Positions 46,735 through 57,085 of a DNA stretch of 64,000 nucleotides are shown piece by piece. This stretch comes from an uncultured Gemmatimonadaceae bacterium (GTDB lineage: Bacteria; Gemmatimonadota; Gemmatimonadetes; Gemmatimonadales; Gemmatimonadaceae). Made by a program: the position numbers and the translations under genes. The notes under the pieces are model-generated. The model was not told where the DNA came from. It saw only the letters and a program-made list of their open reading frames with translations, and made no database searches. Within the stretch, counting starts at the first letter, position 1. The number at the start of each line of letters is the position of its first letter. The DNA is taken from assembly GCA_963781585.1 (NCBI GenBank), contig CAWAGQ010000006.1, positions 320,001 to 384,000 on the forward strand, read 5' to 3'.

Positions 46735-49047
46735 ATGATCAACGTCAACAAGCTTTTTCCGCGGCTGAGCATCCGAGTCAAGCTCACGATCGCTTTCGCG
46801 CTTGTGGCGCTGGGGCCGCTGGCTGCCGTTTCGATAATCGGAGCTCGGGAAACCGTGGCCCAGATCGAGGCGCGCGCCCACGACACTCTGGCGTACGATC
46901 TCCAGATGGCAGACATGCAGACCACGATGTCCCTGGCCTCGGCGCAGAATCACCTCGACCTGCTCGCCCAGGACGTGCTGGGACCGTTGTTGCGCGAAGG
47001 GACGGTACGCGCGCGCGAGCGCGCTGAGGCCGAGCGGCTTGTGGAGACGCTCCTGTCCTCGGAGCCAGCACTCTATCAGGTCAAGCTGATCGATGCCGAC
47101 GGCGGGTACAGAATGTTCGTGCGTGCGACGGGTCCGGTGCGCACGCCATCTGGCGGCGGGGAGTACTACGCACTGCGAGCCAGTGTGCTGAAGCCGCATG
47201 CACGCCTTCTGTTCGCCGTCGAGGTCGCCGGCCCGGAGTCGCACGGCGTCGCGAGCCCGATGCCTGCTTTGGCGATTCTGCTCCCGATCCACGATCCCAG
47301 CGGCCATGTTCTCGGAGCGGTTGTCGGCGAAGCATACGCATCGGCGCTGTTTTCGCATCTCGACCGCGCCTCACCGGGCTTTGGTGGAGTCACCGGACTC
47401 GTTGACGACGATGGGCACTTTCTCTACCACAGTGTGCGCAAGCGAGACTGGTCAACGCTTTTGGATTCACGACGTCAGGTGCGGGTGCAGGACGACTTCC
47501 CCGGCGCCATTGCGGCGGCCATCATGTCCGGACGCACTGGAACCGTTTATGCGCCCGGCCGCCAGCTCGTCAGCTTCCAGCCGCTGTCGCTCGGCGCGTC
47601 GCTCGGGACGAATCTCTTTCTCTACCGGGTTGCGCCCCTCGCGACTGTGGCTGCCCCCACCAGTTCGTTCCGGCGTTCTGTGCTGCTCGCCGCCGGAATG
47701 GTGGCGCTGCTGGTACTTGGCGTCGCGATACTGGCCGCCGACGAATTCACGAAGCCCATCATCCGCATTCGCGATGCGACTTGGCGACTGGCGCGCGACG
47801 AGCCAGTGCAGCCGCTGGACGTCACCACGAACGACGAGCTCGAGGACCTGGCGCGCGACTTCGCGCTGGTCGCCGGGCAGGTCGCGTTGCATCGGGCGCA
47901 GCGCGAGACCTTCATTGCGGAGCGGACGCGTGTTCTCGAGCAAACGCACGCCGAGCTCACGGATATCCTCGAGCACTCTGCTGACGGCATCGTCGGCGTG
48001 GATCCGACCGGTGTGGTGCGGATCTGGAACCACGGCGCCGAACGCCTGTTCGGCCACCCGAGTGCAGAGGCGGTCGGGGCGCAAATCGACTTGATCCTCC
48101 CTCCCGCCGACGACTGCGCGGCACGAGAGCGCGCCGCACTGCGCCGCGAAGTTCAGCGCGAGGGCGCTGTCGTGAATTTCCTCACCGAAGTCCTCGCCAG
48201 GGACGGCACGCCGATCCACATCACGCTCACCGAGACGCTTATCACGGGGTCGGATGGCCGTCCGCTCGGGTCCTCGCTCATCATCCGCGACAACCGCATC
48301 CAGTCCCGCGTCGAAGATCAGATGCGTCGCTCGGAGCGGCTCGCCGCCATCAGCGTGATGGCGGCCGGCCTCGCACACGAGATCAACAATCCGCTGGCGA
48401 TCCTCGGCAATCGCATCGAGTGCATGCAGCGCGAAGGCCGCGACCGCCACGGCGATCCGTCGCTCGCCGCCGACCTTGACGTGCTGCAGCAGCACGTGTT
48501 CCGTCTTAGGGAGCTGACGTCGAGCCTCCTGCGTTTCGCGCGTGATGACCAGCGTGAGGCCGGTCCGATCGACCTCAGAGCGCTGGCCGAGGGCGTCGTG
48601 GTCCTGTTGGGTCGCCTGTTTGCAACGCGCCGTGTCGAACTGCGGCTGATGCTCGACGCGGCAGTTCCTGTGCCCGTGGGCTATGAAAAGGCCATCGAGA
48701 CGGTCATCGTCAACCTCCTGCTCAATGCTGCTGATGCGACGCCGCCAGGTGGGGTGGTTACGCTTGGCATCCGGCCGAGCCCGGATGGCGGTGCAGACGA
48801 AATCGAGGTGTGTGACTCCGGTCCCGGCATTCCGGCCGGCCTGCGCGAGCGCGTCTTCGAGCCATTCTTCACCACCAAGGAGGTCGGTCACGGGACCGGC
48901 CTCGGTCTCACCGTCTGTCGCACCATAGTCGACCGACACGGAGGGTCGATCAGAATCCATGAACGACCGGGCGGCGGATGTCGGTTCGTCGTCACGCTAC
49001 CCCTGCAGCCCACCGGTGCAGCATGGAAAGAGCACGCATACTCGTGA
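46735..49047 (+). CDS. Sensor histidine kinase (TM-Cache-TM-HAMP-PAS-HisKA-HATPase)
   Basis: Two TM helices; TNDELEDLARDF (HAMP); WNHGAERLFG (PAS); AHEINNPL; NLLLNA, DSGPGI, FFTTK, GTGLGL. Confidence 0.93.
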   Translation: MINVNKLFPRLSIRVKLTIAFALVALGPLAAVSIIGARETVAQIEARAHDTLAYDLQMADMQTTMSLASAQNHLDLLAQDVLGPLLREGTVRARERAEAERLVETLLSSEPALYQVKLIDADGGYRMFVRATGPVRTPSGGGEYYALRASVLKPHARLLFAVEVAGPESHGVASPMPALAILLPIHDPSGHVLGAVVGEAYASALFSHLDRASPGFGGVTGLVDDDGHFLYHSVRKRDWSTLLDSRRQVRVQDDFPGAIAAAIMSGRTGTVYAPGRQLVSFQPLSLGASLGTNLFLYRVAPLATVAAPTSSFRRSVLLAAGMVALLVLGVAILAADEFTKPIIRIRDATWRLARDEPVQPLDVTTNDELEDLARDFALVAGQVALHRAQRETFIAERTRVLEQTHAELTDILEHSADGIVGVDPTGVVRIWNHGAERLFGHPSAEAVGAQIDLILPPADDCAARERAALRREVQREGAVVNFLTEVLARDGTPIHITLTETLITGSDGRPLGSSLIIRDNRIQSRVEDQMRRSERLAAISVMAAGLAHEINNPLAILGNRIECMQREGRDRHGDPSLAADLDVLQQHVFRLRELTSSLLRFARDDQREAGPIDLRALAEGVVVLLGRLFATRRVELRLMLDAAVPVPVGYEKAIETVIVNLLLNAADATPPGGVVTLGIRPSPDGGADEIEVCDSGPGIPAGLRERVFEPFFTTKEVGHGTGLGLTVCRTIVDRHGGSIRIHERPGGGCRFVVTLPLQPTGAAWKEHAYS

Positions 49048-50420
49048 TCGACGATGAGCAGGCGATGCTCGAGAACTGCGAGCGCCTCCTTTCCCGAGAG
49101 GGATACCGCTGCACCACGCTCGCGGAGCCGCTGCGGTTCCGCCAGGTGGCGGCGGAAGTGGAGCCGAGCGTCATCATCACTGACCTGCGCATGCCAGGCG
49201 TGGACGGTATGACGATTCTCGCCGCGGGAATCGCTGATGACCCCACGCGGCCCCTCATCGTGATGACCGCATACGCCACCGTCGCCTCGGCGGTGGCCGC
49301 GGTGCGCGAGGGGGCGTTCGACTACATCGCCAAGCCGTTCACCGCGGACCAGCTGCTCGTCGCGGTCGAGCGGGCGGTTCGATATCGCGAACTCACCATG
49401 GAGAATCGCACACTCCGTCGACAGGTCGCGCGCCATTCCGGCGGAGACAGCATCCTTGGGTCGAGCCCCGTGATGACCCGCCTGCTGGAGCAGGCGGCGA
49501 TGGTCGCGCCGACCGACGCGAACGTACTGATCACGGGCGAGAGCGGCACCGGCAAGGAACTGATCGCACGCTTCATCCACGCACACTCGCAGCGACACGA
49601 CCGGCCGCTCGTTGCGGTGGACTGCGCTGCGATGCCCGAAGGCCTCCTCGAGTCGGAGCTGTTCGGGCACGAGCGCGGCGCGTTCACCGGCGCCGTGCAT
49701 CGCAAGGACGGGTTGCTGTCGAACGCCAATGGCGGGACGGTGTTTCTCGACGAGATCGCGGAGCTTTCCACCCCGCTCCAGTCCAAGCTGCTGCGCGTCC
49801 TCGAGCAACGACAGATGCGGCGCCTCGGTGATTCGCGCCTGATCGACCTCGACATTCGTGTGGTCGCGGCAACCAATCGCGATCTCAAGGCGGCGGTCGC
49901 CGGCGGAAGTTTCCGCGAGGACCTGTTTTTCCGTCTCAACGTCGTCCACCTCGCCCTGTCTCCATTGCGTGAGCGCCCGGGCGACATTCCGCTGCTCATG
50001 AACGCCTTTCTCGAGGAGTTCGCATCCGCCGCACACCGGAGCGCGCCGCGTGTGAGGACGGACGCATGGCCGGTGCTCGAGCGCCACACGTGGCCGGGGA
50101 ACATCCGCGAGTTGCGCAACGCGGCCGAGCGCCTGGTGGTGCTGGACGACGACGGCAGCATCAGTGCGGAAGACTTGAGCGGCGCATTGCAGCGCGTGGT
50201 GGGAGCGCGCCCGGAAGACCGTGCTCGTTCCCCTCTCGGGTACGCCAAGGCGCAGGACCGGGCGCTGCGGGAATTCCGCGCGGCGTACGTGACGCAGCTG
50301 CTCGAGGCGCATGGCGGCAACGTCTCACGGGCAGCAGAGGCGGCCGGCGTCAGCCGCCGGACGCTGCACCGCTGGCTGGCCGAACTCGGTGACGCGATTC
50401 ACGGGGGAACGTCCCGATGA
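49023..50420 (+). CDS. Sigma-54-dependent response regulator (NtrC/AtoC family)
   Basis: Receiver ILVIDDE...DLRMP; GESGTGKE, ESELFGHERGAFTGA, FLDEI, WPGNIREL; Fis-type HTH. Confidence 0.95.
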   Translation: MERARILVIDDEQAMLENCERLLSREGYRCTTLAEPLRFRQVAAEVEPSVIITDLRMPGVDGMTILAAGIADDPTRPLIVMTAYATVASAVAAVREGAFDYIAKPFTADQLLVAVERAVRYRELTMENRTLRRQVARHSGGDSILGSSPVMTRLLEQAAMVAPTDANVLITGESGTGKELIARFIHAHSQRHDRPLVAVDCAAMPEGLLESELFGHERGAFTGAVHRKDGLLSNANGGTVFLDEIAELSTPLQSKLLRVLEQRQMRRLGDSRLIDLDIRVVAATNRDLKAAVAGGSFREDLFFRLNVVHLALSPLRERPGDIPLLMNAFLEEFASAAHRSAPRVRTDAWPVLERHTWPGNIRELRNAAERLVVLDDDGSISAEDLSGALQRVVGARPEDRARSPLGYAKAQDRALREFRAAYVTQLLEAHGGNVSRAAEAAGVSRRTLHRWLAELGDAIHGGTSR

Positions 50421-51061
50421 ATTGGCGCCTGCTGGCGAGGCTCGCGCCCGCGTTACTCCTGCTGCCGGCGATGGTGCGCGCGCAGAGTGCTTCCATCGTG
50501 GGCACGATCACGGTCGCGAGCGCGAGCATCACCGGCATCGTCGTCTACCTGGTTCCCTCACCGCTGGCCGCGGCCCCGGATGCGTCTCCGGTGAGCGCCG
50601 ATGTGGACCAGCATGAACTGCGGTTCGTGCCGCCGGTCGTCGCCGTCACGCCCGGATCAACTGTGTTCTTCACCAACAGCGACTCGGTGCTGCACAACGT
50701 GTTTCATCCGCCCCGGCTTTTCCGCGGAGGCTTCGATCTGGGCACCTTCCCGCCTGGCGAACGGAGGAGCTTCACGTTCTCGAACGAGGGCGCATTCGTC
50801 ATTCTCTGTCGCGTCCATCCCGAAATGGTCGGTTATGTCGTTGTCGTCGCGTCACCTTATCGCGCCGTGTCGGACGACGAGGGGCGATTTCGCATCCAGG
50901 GCGTAGCCCCCGGCGTGTATACGCTACACACATGGCATGCGCGACTCCGCTCGCATCAAGAGGTCGTGACCGTTCCCAGCACCGGAACCTTGAATGTGGA
51001 TTTGTCGCTCACGCTCGGTCACCCGGACGACCCTACCGCGAAGCAGCGGCCGGAAGAGTGA
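50417..51061 (+). CDS. Secreted cupredoxin-like protein with carboxypeptidase-regulatory-like domain
   Basis: Signal peptide (VRAQ); NSDSVLHNVF and CRVHPEM (His, Cys-x2-His-x2-Met type-1 copper-like set); GVYTLHTWH. Confidence 0.8.
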   Translation: MNWRLLARLAPALLLLPAMVRAQSASIVGTITVASASITGIVVYLVPSPLAAAPDASPVSADVDQHELRFVPPVVAVTPGSTVFFTNSDSVLHNVFHPPRLFRGGFDLGTFPPGERRSFTFSNEGAFVILCRVHPEMVGYVVVVASPYRAVSDDEGRFRIQGVAPGVYTLHTWHARLRSHQEVVTVPSTGTLNVDLSLTLGHPDDPTAKQRPEE

Positions 51062-51294
51062 AGGAACGCGAGGCATCCAACTTATGGAAGCGTGCGCCGG
51101 CGGTTTGCGCCCTCGCAGCTGCAGCTCGGCGTGGAGTACCAGTTTGGCGGCCCGGTCCCGAACCCGTCGCGCGCGGGACGTGTTGACGGAGGATCAGCGG
51201 GCGCTCTTCCGGCCGACCATGGCGGGGAGGAAGGAGAAGCCATAGCGCATCACAGGCCACAGATGTTGACTTATTCCTGACAATCGAGGCCGCC

Positions 51295-53025
51295 ATGACC
51301 GAGCATCCGAGCCGCAGGGAGTTCATGGGTCTCACCGCCGCCGGCGTCGCCGCTACCCTCGCGCCGTCCTGGCTGCGTGACGCACACGCCGCGTCAGGCA
51401 CGCAGGGTGCACAAGGGACAGATCCGGATCTCGTTGTCCTGAACGCGAACGTCTTCACCATGGACTCGCGCGCGCCGACGGCGGAGGCGTTCGCGGTGAA
51501 GAACGGGAGGTTCGTGGCGGTCGGCCGTACTGCCGCGGTCAGAGCGCTCGCGGCCAGTGGCACGCAGACGTTCGACGCCAGGCAGATGACGGTGGTTCCG
51601 GGCTTCACCGACTGCCACAACCACGCGGGCGGCACCACGCTGCTCTACGAGGTGCTGGTCGGCAATCCGTTCGAGGTGGAGTTCGTCACCATCGCCAGCA
51701 TCATCGACAAGCTTCGGGCCAAGGCACGCCAGACGCCGGCGGGCACATGGGTCGAGGGGTATTTCTTCGATGACACCAAGGTGAAGGACAAGCGCCAGCT
51801 CAACGTCCACGACCTCGACCAGGTGTCGACGGAACACCCGGTGGTGGTCCGCCATCGTGGCGGCCACACCTCGTTCTACAACAGCAAGGCGTTCCAACTG
51901 GCCGGGATTACGCGCAGCACCCCGAATCCGCCAGGCGGAACGTTCGACCGGGACACCAGCGGTGACCTCAACGGCCGGGTGACCGACCGCGCCCGCAGCG
52001 CCCTCGATCGGGTGGGACAACGACCGTCCTTCACCGCCGAGCAGCGCGCGCAGCGCGATCGCGACGGGCTCGCGCACATCTCGAAGCAGTTCGTCCGGTA
52101 CGGCCTGACGAGCGTCCACCACGAGAGCGGGGACCTCGCAGCGCTGCAGGAGGTGCGTGCGCGCGGCGACCTCCTTCACCGGGTGAGCTACGAATCCAGC
52201 GGCAGGGTGCTCGACTCAATGATCTCGAGCGGCATCATGACCGGGTTCGGCGACGAGTGGATCAAACTCGGCGCCACCTCCGAGCACACCGTCGATGGTT
52301 CGTTCTCCGAACGCACCATGGCGCTGAGCACTCCCTATCCCGGCGTCCAGCCACCGTACAAGGGCAACGTCACCACCACGCAGAAGGACCTCGATGCCTG
52401 GGTGGAACAGGTGCACCGCGCCGGCATCCAGGTGAACTGCCACGCCAACGGCGACGTTGCCATCGACATGTATCTCACCGCATTCGAGCGCGCGCAGAAG
52501 GCGTTCCCCCGGACCGACGCGCGTCCCAAGATCACCCACTGCACACTCATCAACGATGATCTCGTCAGGCGCATCAAGGCGGTCGGCGCCGTGCCCGCGA
52601 TGTTCACCACCTACGCGTACTACAACTCCGACAAGTTCGTGTTCTATGGTGAAGAGCTGATGAAGCGATGCATGGCGTATCGCACGCTGCTCGACGCCGG
52701 GGTGCCGGCGGCGGCCGGCTCCGACTTCGCCCCGGGCCCGTTCGCGCCGCTGATGGGCATTCAGGGGATGGTGACCCGCACCGGCTGGGACGGGAAGACC
52801 TGGGGTGCCAACCAGCGGATCAGCGTGGACGAGGCGCTCGCGGTCAACACGATCAACGGGGCGTATGCCTCACGCGAGGAGTCGCTCAAGGGATCCATCG
52901 CCGTCGCCAAGCTGGCGGACTTTGTCGTGCTGGCCGACGATCCGCACGCGGTGGACCAGGAGAAGATCAAGGACATCCAGATCGTGCGGACGGTGGTGGG
53001 AGGCGTGCCGGTGTACCAGGCATGA
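51295..53025 (+). CDS. Tat-exported amidohydrolase (amidohydrolase_3/YtcJ-like)
   Basis: SRREFM Tat motif; PGFTDCHNH, HANGD, ITHC, GSD, KLADFVVL. Confidence 0.92.
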   Translation: MTEHPSRREFMGLTAAGVAATLAPSWLRDAHAASGTQGAQGTDPDLVVLNANVFTMDSRAPTAEAFAVKNGRFVAVGRTAAVRALAASGTQTFDARQMTVVPGFTDCHNHAGGTTLLYEVLVGNPFEVEFVTIASIIDKLRAKARQTPAGTWVEGYFFDDTKVKDKRQLNVHDLDQVSTEHPVVVRHRGGHTSFYNSKAFQLAGITRSTPNPPGGTFDRDTSGDLNGRVTDRARSALDRVGQRPSFTAEQRAQRDRDGLAHISKQFVRYGLTSVHHESGDLAALQEVRARGDLLHRVSYESSGRVLDSMISSGIMTGFGDEWIKLGATSEHTVDGSFSERTMALSTPYPGVQPPYKGNVTTTQKDLDAWVEQVHRAGIQVNCHANGDVAIDMYLTAFERAQKAFPRTDARPKITHCTLINDDLVRRIKAVGAVPAMFTTYAYYNSDKFVFYGEELMKRCMAYRTLLDAGVPAAAGSDFAPGPFAPLMGIQGMVTRTGWDGKTWGANQRISVDEALAVNTINGAYASREESLKGSIAVAKLADFVVLADDPHAVDQEKIKDIQIVRTVVGGVPVYQA

Positions 53026-54008
53026 CGGATCGCCGCCGGCACGCGCCGCACTCGAACGCGGTGATGCTGTTCCTCACCGTCGCGGCCTGCGCCCGGGAGC
53101 CGGCGCGTCTGACCGCGGGGAAGTCAGATACAGTCGTCGTGAACAGCCGCCACCCGGTACAGCTGTCCGTCCACGTCGTCGATGCGGCGGGACGCATTCT
53201 TGGCTCGCGTGGGCTGCGCTACGAGTGGGTGTCGGGCGATCGCGTCCCCCTTTCCGACGACGGTCGGGTGACATGCGCGCGTCCCGCCGACGCCATGGTG
53301 CGCGTGACGCGCGGCGACCTGACGATGCAGCTTTCGCTCCGGTGCCAGCCGATCGCAGGGTTCCGCCTCCCGAGGGGCGTTCACCTCCTGGTGGGCGGTC
53401 CCCCGCAGGAGCTGGTGGTGAACGCGGTTGACGCCGACGGCAGACCGGTCATGCTCATTGCCGGGACCGCGAGCGTGCGCGACAGCCAGGTGGCGGTCCT
53501 CCGCGACGGCCTGGTGTATCCACGTACCGCAGGATTCACCTACGTCAGGGTCGACGTGGGCGACTGCGTGTCCTGGATTCCCGTCGACGTGATCGCGCGG
53601 GAGACCACGCCGTCCCAGCTCGAGCCCTTTCAGGAGTTCGCTGCTTCGCTCCGCCTGGTGGGCGGTGAGATGCGAAGCTGGCACATCGTCCCCGGGCGCT
53701 ACGAGCTGTCGCTCCTGCCGGATCCGAGCGCGCATGCGGAGCCCGTGCTTGGCGCCGTCGGTACGAACTGCGCGCGCTTTCCCGGGGGTGGTCAACACTA
53801 CTCCTGCATCGCGCGCCAAGGTGCCGCCGTGGTCGTCCGTCATCCGCGGGGGGCTGGGCAGGGCCGGGAACTGGCCGGCGAACTTCTGGTGCGCCGCCTG
53901 CAGGACGTCGCCGAGGCCACCCTCACGGCGCAGTTGCCCGCACGTCACCCGGACCGTGACGGCCCGGCGCGGTCCACGCCTGACGAGTGTCCGATATTCC
54001 TGCGCTAG
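53022..54008 (+). CDS. Hypothetical lipoprotein with Ig-like domains
   Basis: ATGA overlap; LFLTVAAC lipobox-like; Big-like repeats (VVDAAGRIL, AVDADGRPV). Confidence 0.65.
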   Translation: MTDRRRHAPHSNAVMLFLTVAACAREPARLTAGKSDTVVVNSRHPVQLSVHVVDAAGRILGSRGLRYEWVSGDRVPLSDDGRVTCARPADAMVRVTRGDLTMQLSLRCQPIAGFRLPRGVHLLVGGPPQELVVNAVDADGRPVMLIAGTASVRDSQVAVLRDGLVYPRTAGFTYVRVDVGDCVSWIPVDVIARETTPSQLEPFQEFAASLRLVGGEMRSWHIVPGRYELSLLPDPSAHAEPVLGAVGTNCARFPGGGQHYSCIARQGAAVVVRHPRGAGQGRELAGELLVRRLQDVAEATLTAQLPARHPDRDGPARSTPDECPIFLR

Positions 54009-54038
54009 GCAATCTGTCCGCGACACGCCCGCGACCCG

Positions 54039-54152
54039 TCAGTCCGCGCCAAACACGGCGCGCGCGTCGGCGACGGGCATTTCCTCAAGGGGTGGGGCGC
54101 CCAGCGCCTGCAGCTGGTCGAGGAAGGCGCGTGCTTCCGAATCGAGTGGCAT
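54039..54152 (-). pseudogene. N-terminal remnant of an HSL-family (Aes-like) esterase
   Basis: AGGA RBS, then MPLDSEARAFLDQLQALGAPPLEEMPVADARAVF, a typical HSL cap start, ending after 37 codons. Confidence 0.55.
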
Positions 54153-54222
54153 GATGTGGTTGTCCTGTGATGGCTGGAATGTGGCCGGAGGGTTCCAGCG
54201 GGACTTTGGCCAATCGGTCTGG

Positions 54223-55410
54223 TCAGGAGTGCGGTGACAGAACCGGGAGCCGGTACCGCTGCAGATACTGCAGATCGTCATCATCGATGCGCGCGAGATA
54301 CACGGTCCCGGCGCCGAATCCCACCAGTCTGGTCGACTTCGGCAACACCACCTGCTCGACGAGCCGTCCCCGTCCATCGACCACGTCGTACACGGGAGGG
54401 GAATCCGCGGGGGTCGTTCGCTTCACCCACACCGTGCCGTCGCTGGCGAAGGTCGCCGGAGGCTGAAAGGCGCTGACGTATGGCGGGAGATACTCCGGCC
54501 ACGACGATGGGTCCTTGACCGGACGGGCTGGCATGAGTCGGAAGCTCGCTGGACCGCTGCGGTTGTAGACCATCGCCATCACCGGCTTGCTCCGCTCCGC
54601 GCGCCAGAGCTTCTTGTGCTCTTCCGTCACCTTCACACGCTCAAAGGGGATCGGCGGACCTTCGCGCGGCATTCCATTCGCGTCGAAGTAGTCCACGCGG
54701 TACGGATCGGCCCGCAGGACCGCGATGCGGCCGTCGGGCGCAACGAGCCACTGGTCCATTGACGGATACGGCGGCGGATCCGACATGGGCGATGAAAAGA
54801 CCAATCCACTGGGACTGACCCGCCGCGTCGGATCCTTCCGCACCGGCACGTAGCCTACCGTGTCGCGCTGGGGGCGCGTTCTCGACCAGCGCTGGATGGC
54901 GGCTGAGTCCGTAAACGACAGCGACCCGTCGGCCCCGACGCGCACCGGCGGGGACTGGCCATACATCCTGCCTGAAGTGTCCATCGCCGTGGCGCCGGCT
55001 CGCGTGGCCGCATTGCCTTCGTTCGACAGGCGGGGATCGAAGTCGCCGCCGGCCTTGCCGTCGGGCCCGTAGAGGTGCAGCCGCCCGCCGGCTGCATCCC
55101 AGACCGCGCTCGAGTCCGCGGGAAGCGCGAAGATGCGCGACGGCCACTGGTATTCGCCAGGACCCTGTCCATTTCGACCGACCTTGGTGTTGGTGGCTGT
55201 GGCGAAATCCACCAGCTGCACCGTGAGGTCGTGCGAGTCCACCAGGAGCAGGCGGCCGTCCTTCAGTTCACGGATGCCGTCGATCTGCGTGAAGGATTCC
55301 GGGAACTCGACGTCCGGCCTGGCCAGCGTGCGCCTGGGAACCGCCTGCGCCCGGAGGCCGGGCGCGAATGTGAGAACGACCAGCGCACCGGTGAGAATCG
55401 GTCTCATCAC
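54223..55410 (-). CDS. Secreted six-bladed beta-propeller-like hypothetical protein
   Basis: Signal peptide (LRAQ); RELKDGRLLLVD, GRNGQGPGEY, DGTVWV, YDVVDGRG, DDDDLQYLQRY. Confidence 0.78.
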   Translation of the reverse strand: MMRPILTGALVVLTFAPGLRAQAVPRRTLARPDVEFPESFTQIDGIRELKDGRLLLVDSHDLTVQLVDFATATNTKVGRNGQGPGEYQWPSRIFALPADSSAVWDAAGGRLHLYGPDGKAGGDFDPRLSNEGNAATRAGATAMDTSGRMYGQSPPVRVGADGSLSFTDSAAIQRWSRTRPQRDTVGYVPVRKDPTRRVSPSGLVFSSPMSDPPPYPSMDQWLVAPDGRIAVLRADPYRVDYFDANGMPREGPPIPFERVKVTEEHKKLWRAERSKPVMAMVYNRSGPASFRLMPARPVKDPSSWPEYLPPYVSAFQPPATFASDGTVWVKRTTPADSPPVYDVVDGRGRLVEQVVLPKSTRLVGFGAGTVYLARIDDDDLQYLQRYRLPVLSPHS

Positions 55411-55650
55411 GCACCTCGCTGTCCTGCAGACATGTCATAGTGGGGGCAGCCGGGTGGAGGGTCAAGGATGACCAACTCGAGAGGAACGAACGCAATCCGT
55501 GCAGGGAAGGTGAACAGCATGTGGGGGACGTTCGCACGGCGCCTTCCGCTGGATCGCGAGTTTGCTCCTGCGTCGGCAGGGCACGCGCCTACTGGCCTTG
55601 CGAAATTCGGCCGGCACGCCATAGTCGCACTATCCGTTTCAGGGAGCGCG

Positions 55651-56889
55651 ATGCGGCTGCTGACGCGAACGTGCTGCGCGTGCGCGGTCCTGTGTACGAG
55701 CGGCTGTGCACACGAACCGAAGACCATGGCCGCCACTGCGGTGCGTGATAGCGCCGGTGTCCGCATCGTGGAATCGTCAGGTCCGACGCTCGGACCTGGA
55801 GATTCGACGTTTGCGCGGCTCGACTCCGCACCCCTCCTGTCGATCGGTGTCGAGGAAGGCGAAGAGCCGTACCAGCTTCATCGCGTCACCGATGTGCTGC
55901 AACTGGCCGATGGGCGCATTGCCGTATCCAATTCCGGCACGCAGGAGATCCGCGTCTACGATTCAACCGGCCGCTACCTGAAGAGCGCCGGACGCAAGGG
56001 ATCGGGCCCGGGCGAATTCGCCGAGTTCTCGAGCGCGACGCTGTATCCCGTGGCGGACAGCGTGCTCGCGCTCGACAACTTCCGTCTTCACCTCTTCGGC
56101 CCCGACCTGACCTTCATTCAGACGCGGCCCTTCGTGCTCTCGGATGCGGCCCGGCGCCCCTTCATGGCGGGTGTCTTTTCCGACGGCTCGTGGTTCGCGT
56201 TCGCGTATGAAAACGGCGGCGCCCTGAATGGGCCGCCGGGAACGGTCCTGCGGACGCGCTACTCGCTTCTGCGGTACGATGCGAACGGGGCGCTCGTCAA
56301 CACCATCGTCGCCGGGCTGGATGCCCGGGCGCGCTACGTTCTCCAGGTCGACAACATCATCACATTTCCCTATATCCCGCTCACCGCCAGTCCGCTGCAC
56401 GCCGTCTCGGACTCGCTGGTCCTGCTGCTGCGGGGCACGAAGCCGGAGCTGGAGGTCCATGACGAGACCGGGCGACTCACCCGACTGATACGCTGGCAAC
56501 GGCCGCAGGTGCGGACGGCCGACGTCTGGGAGCGATACCGGAAGGACGAGCTGTCCGGCATGACGAATGCTCGCGACAGCGCGGTGTACGGCAAACTCTT
56601 TTCCGTCGACTTGCCGCTGCCGGAATTCGTTCCCCTGTACGACCGGATGCTCGTCGATGCAGCACGGCGCGTCTGGCTCCGGCGATTCCGGCTGTCACGC
56701 GAGAAGGGGTCGTATGTCTGGGACGTGCTGAGCGGCGACGGGACGTGGCTGGGGGGCGCCGCCACGCCCCGGGACTTCACGGCGTACCGGATCGGCGACG
56801 ACGCCATGCTGGGGGTGCGGCGGGATTCGCTGGGCGTGGAGCGCGTGCAGGAGATGCCGCTGCGCGTGGGAGCGAGCGGATCCCGGTGA
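55651..56889 (+). CDS. Six-bladed beta-propeller lipoprotein
   Basis: TSGC lipobox-like; VRDSAGVRIVE, GRKGSGPGEF, RRDSLGVERV; paralogous to the divergent neighbour. Confidence 0.78.
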   Translation: MRLLTRTCCACAVLCTSGCAHEPKTMAATAVRDSAGVRIVESSGPTLGPGDSTFARLDSAPLLSIGVEEGEEPYQLHRVTDVLQLADGRIAVSNSGTQEIRVYDSTGRYLKSAGRKGSGPGEFAEFSSATLYPVADSVLALDNFRLHLFGPDLTFIQTRPFVLSDAARRPFMAGVFSDGSWFAFAYENGGALNGPPGTVLRTRYSLLRYDANGALVNTIVAGLDARARYVLQVDNIITFPYIPLTASPLHAVSDSLVLLLRGTKPELEVHDETGRLTRLIRWQRPQVRTADVWERYRKDELSGMTNARDSAVYGKLFSVDLPLPEFVPLYDRMLVDAARRVWLRRFRLSREKGSYVWDVLSGDGTWLGGAATPRDFTAYRIGDDAMLGVRRDSLGVERVQEMPLRVGASGSR

Positions 56890-57085
56890 ATCGATCGCCG
56901 CGTTCCGGGAATAGGTGTCGCGAACTCGGTAACCTCCGCGCCTCAGCTCGGTATCTCCGGGTTACGTCATGTATCGCAACTACTCACTGGGTGTGGGCGC
57001 GGACCGCACCTCCAGCGCAGATTGAGGTCGGGTACTGACCCACTGGCTGCAGACGGGTCAGGGTTCTTCCAGCGGGCCGAATCAC

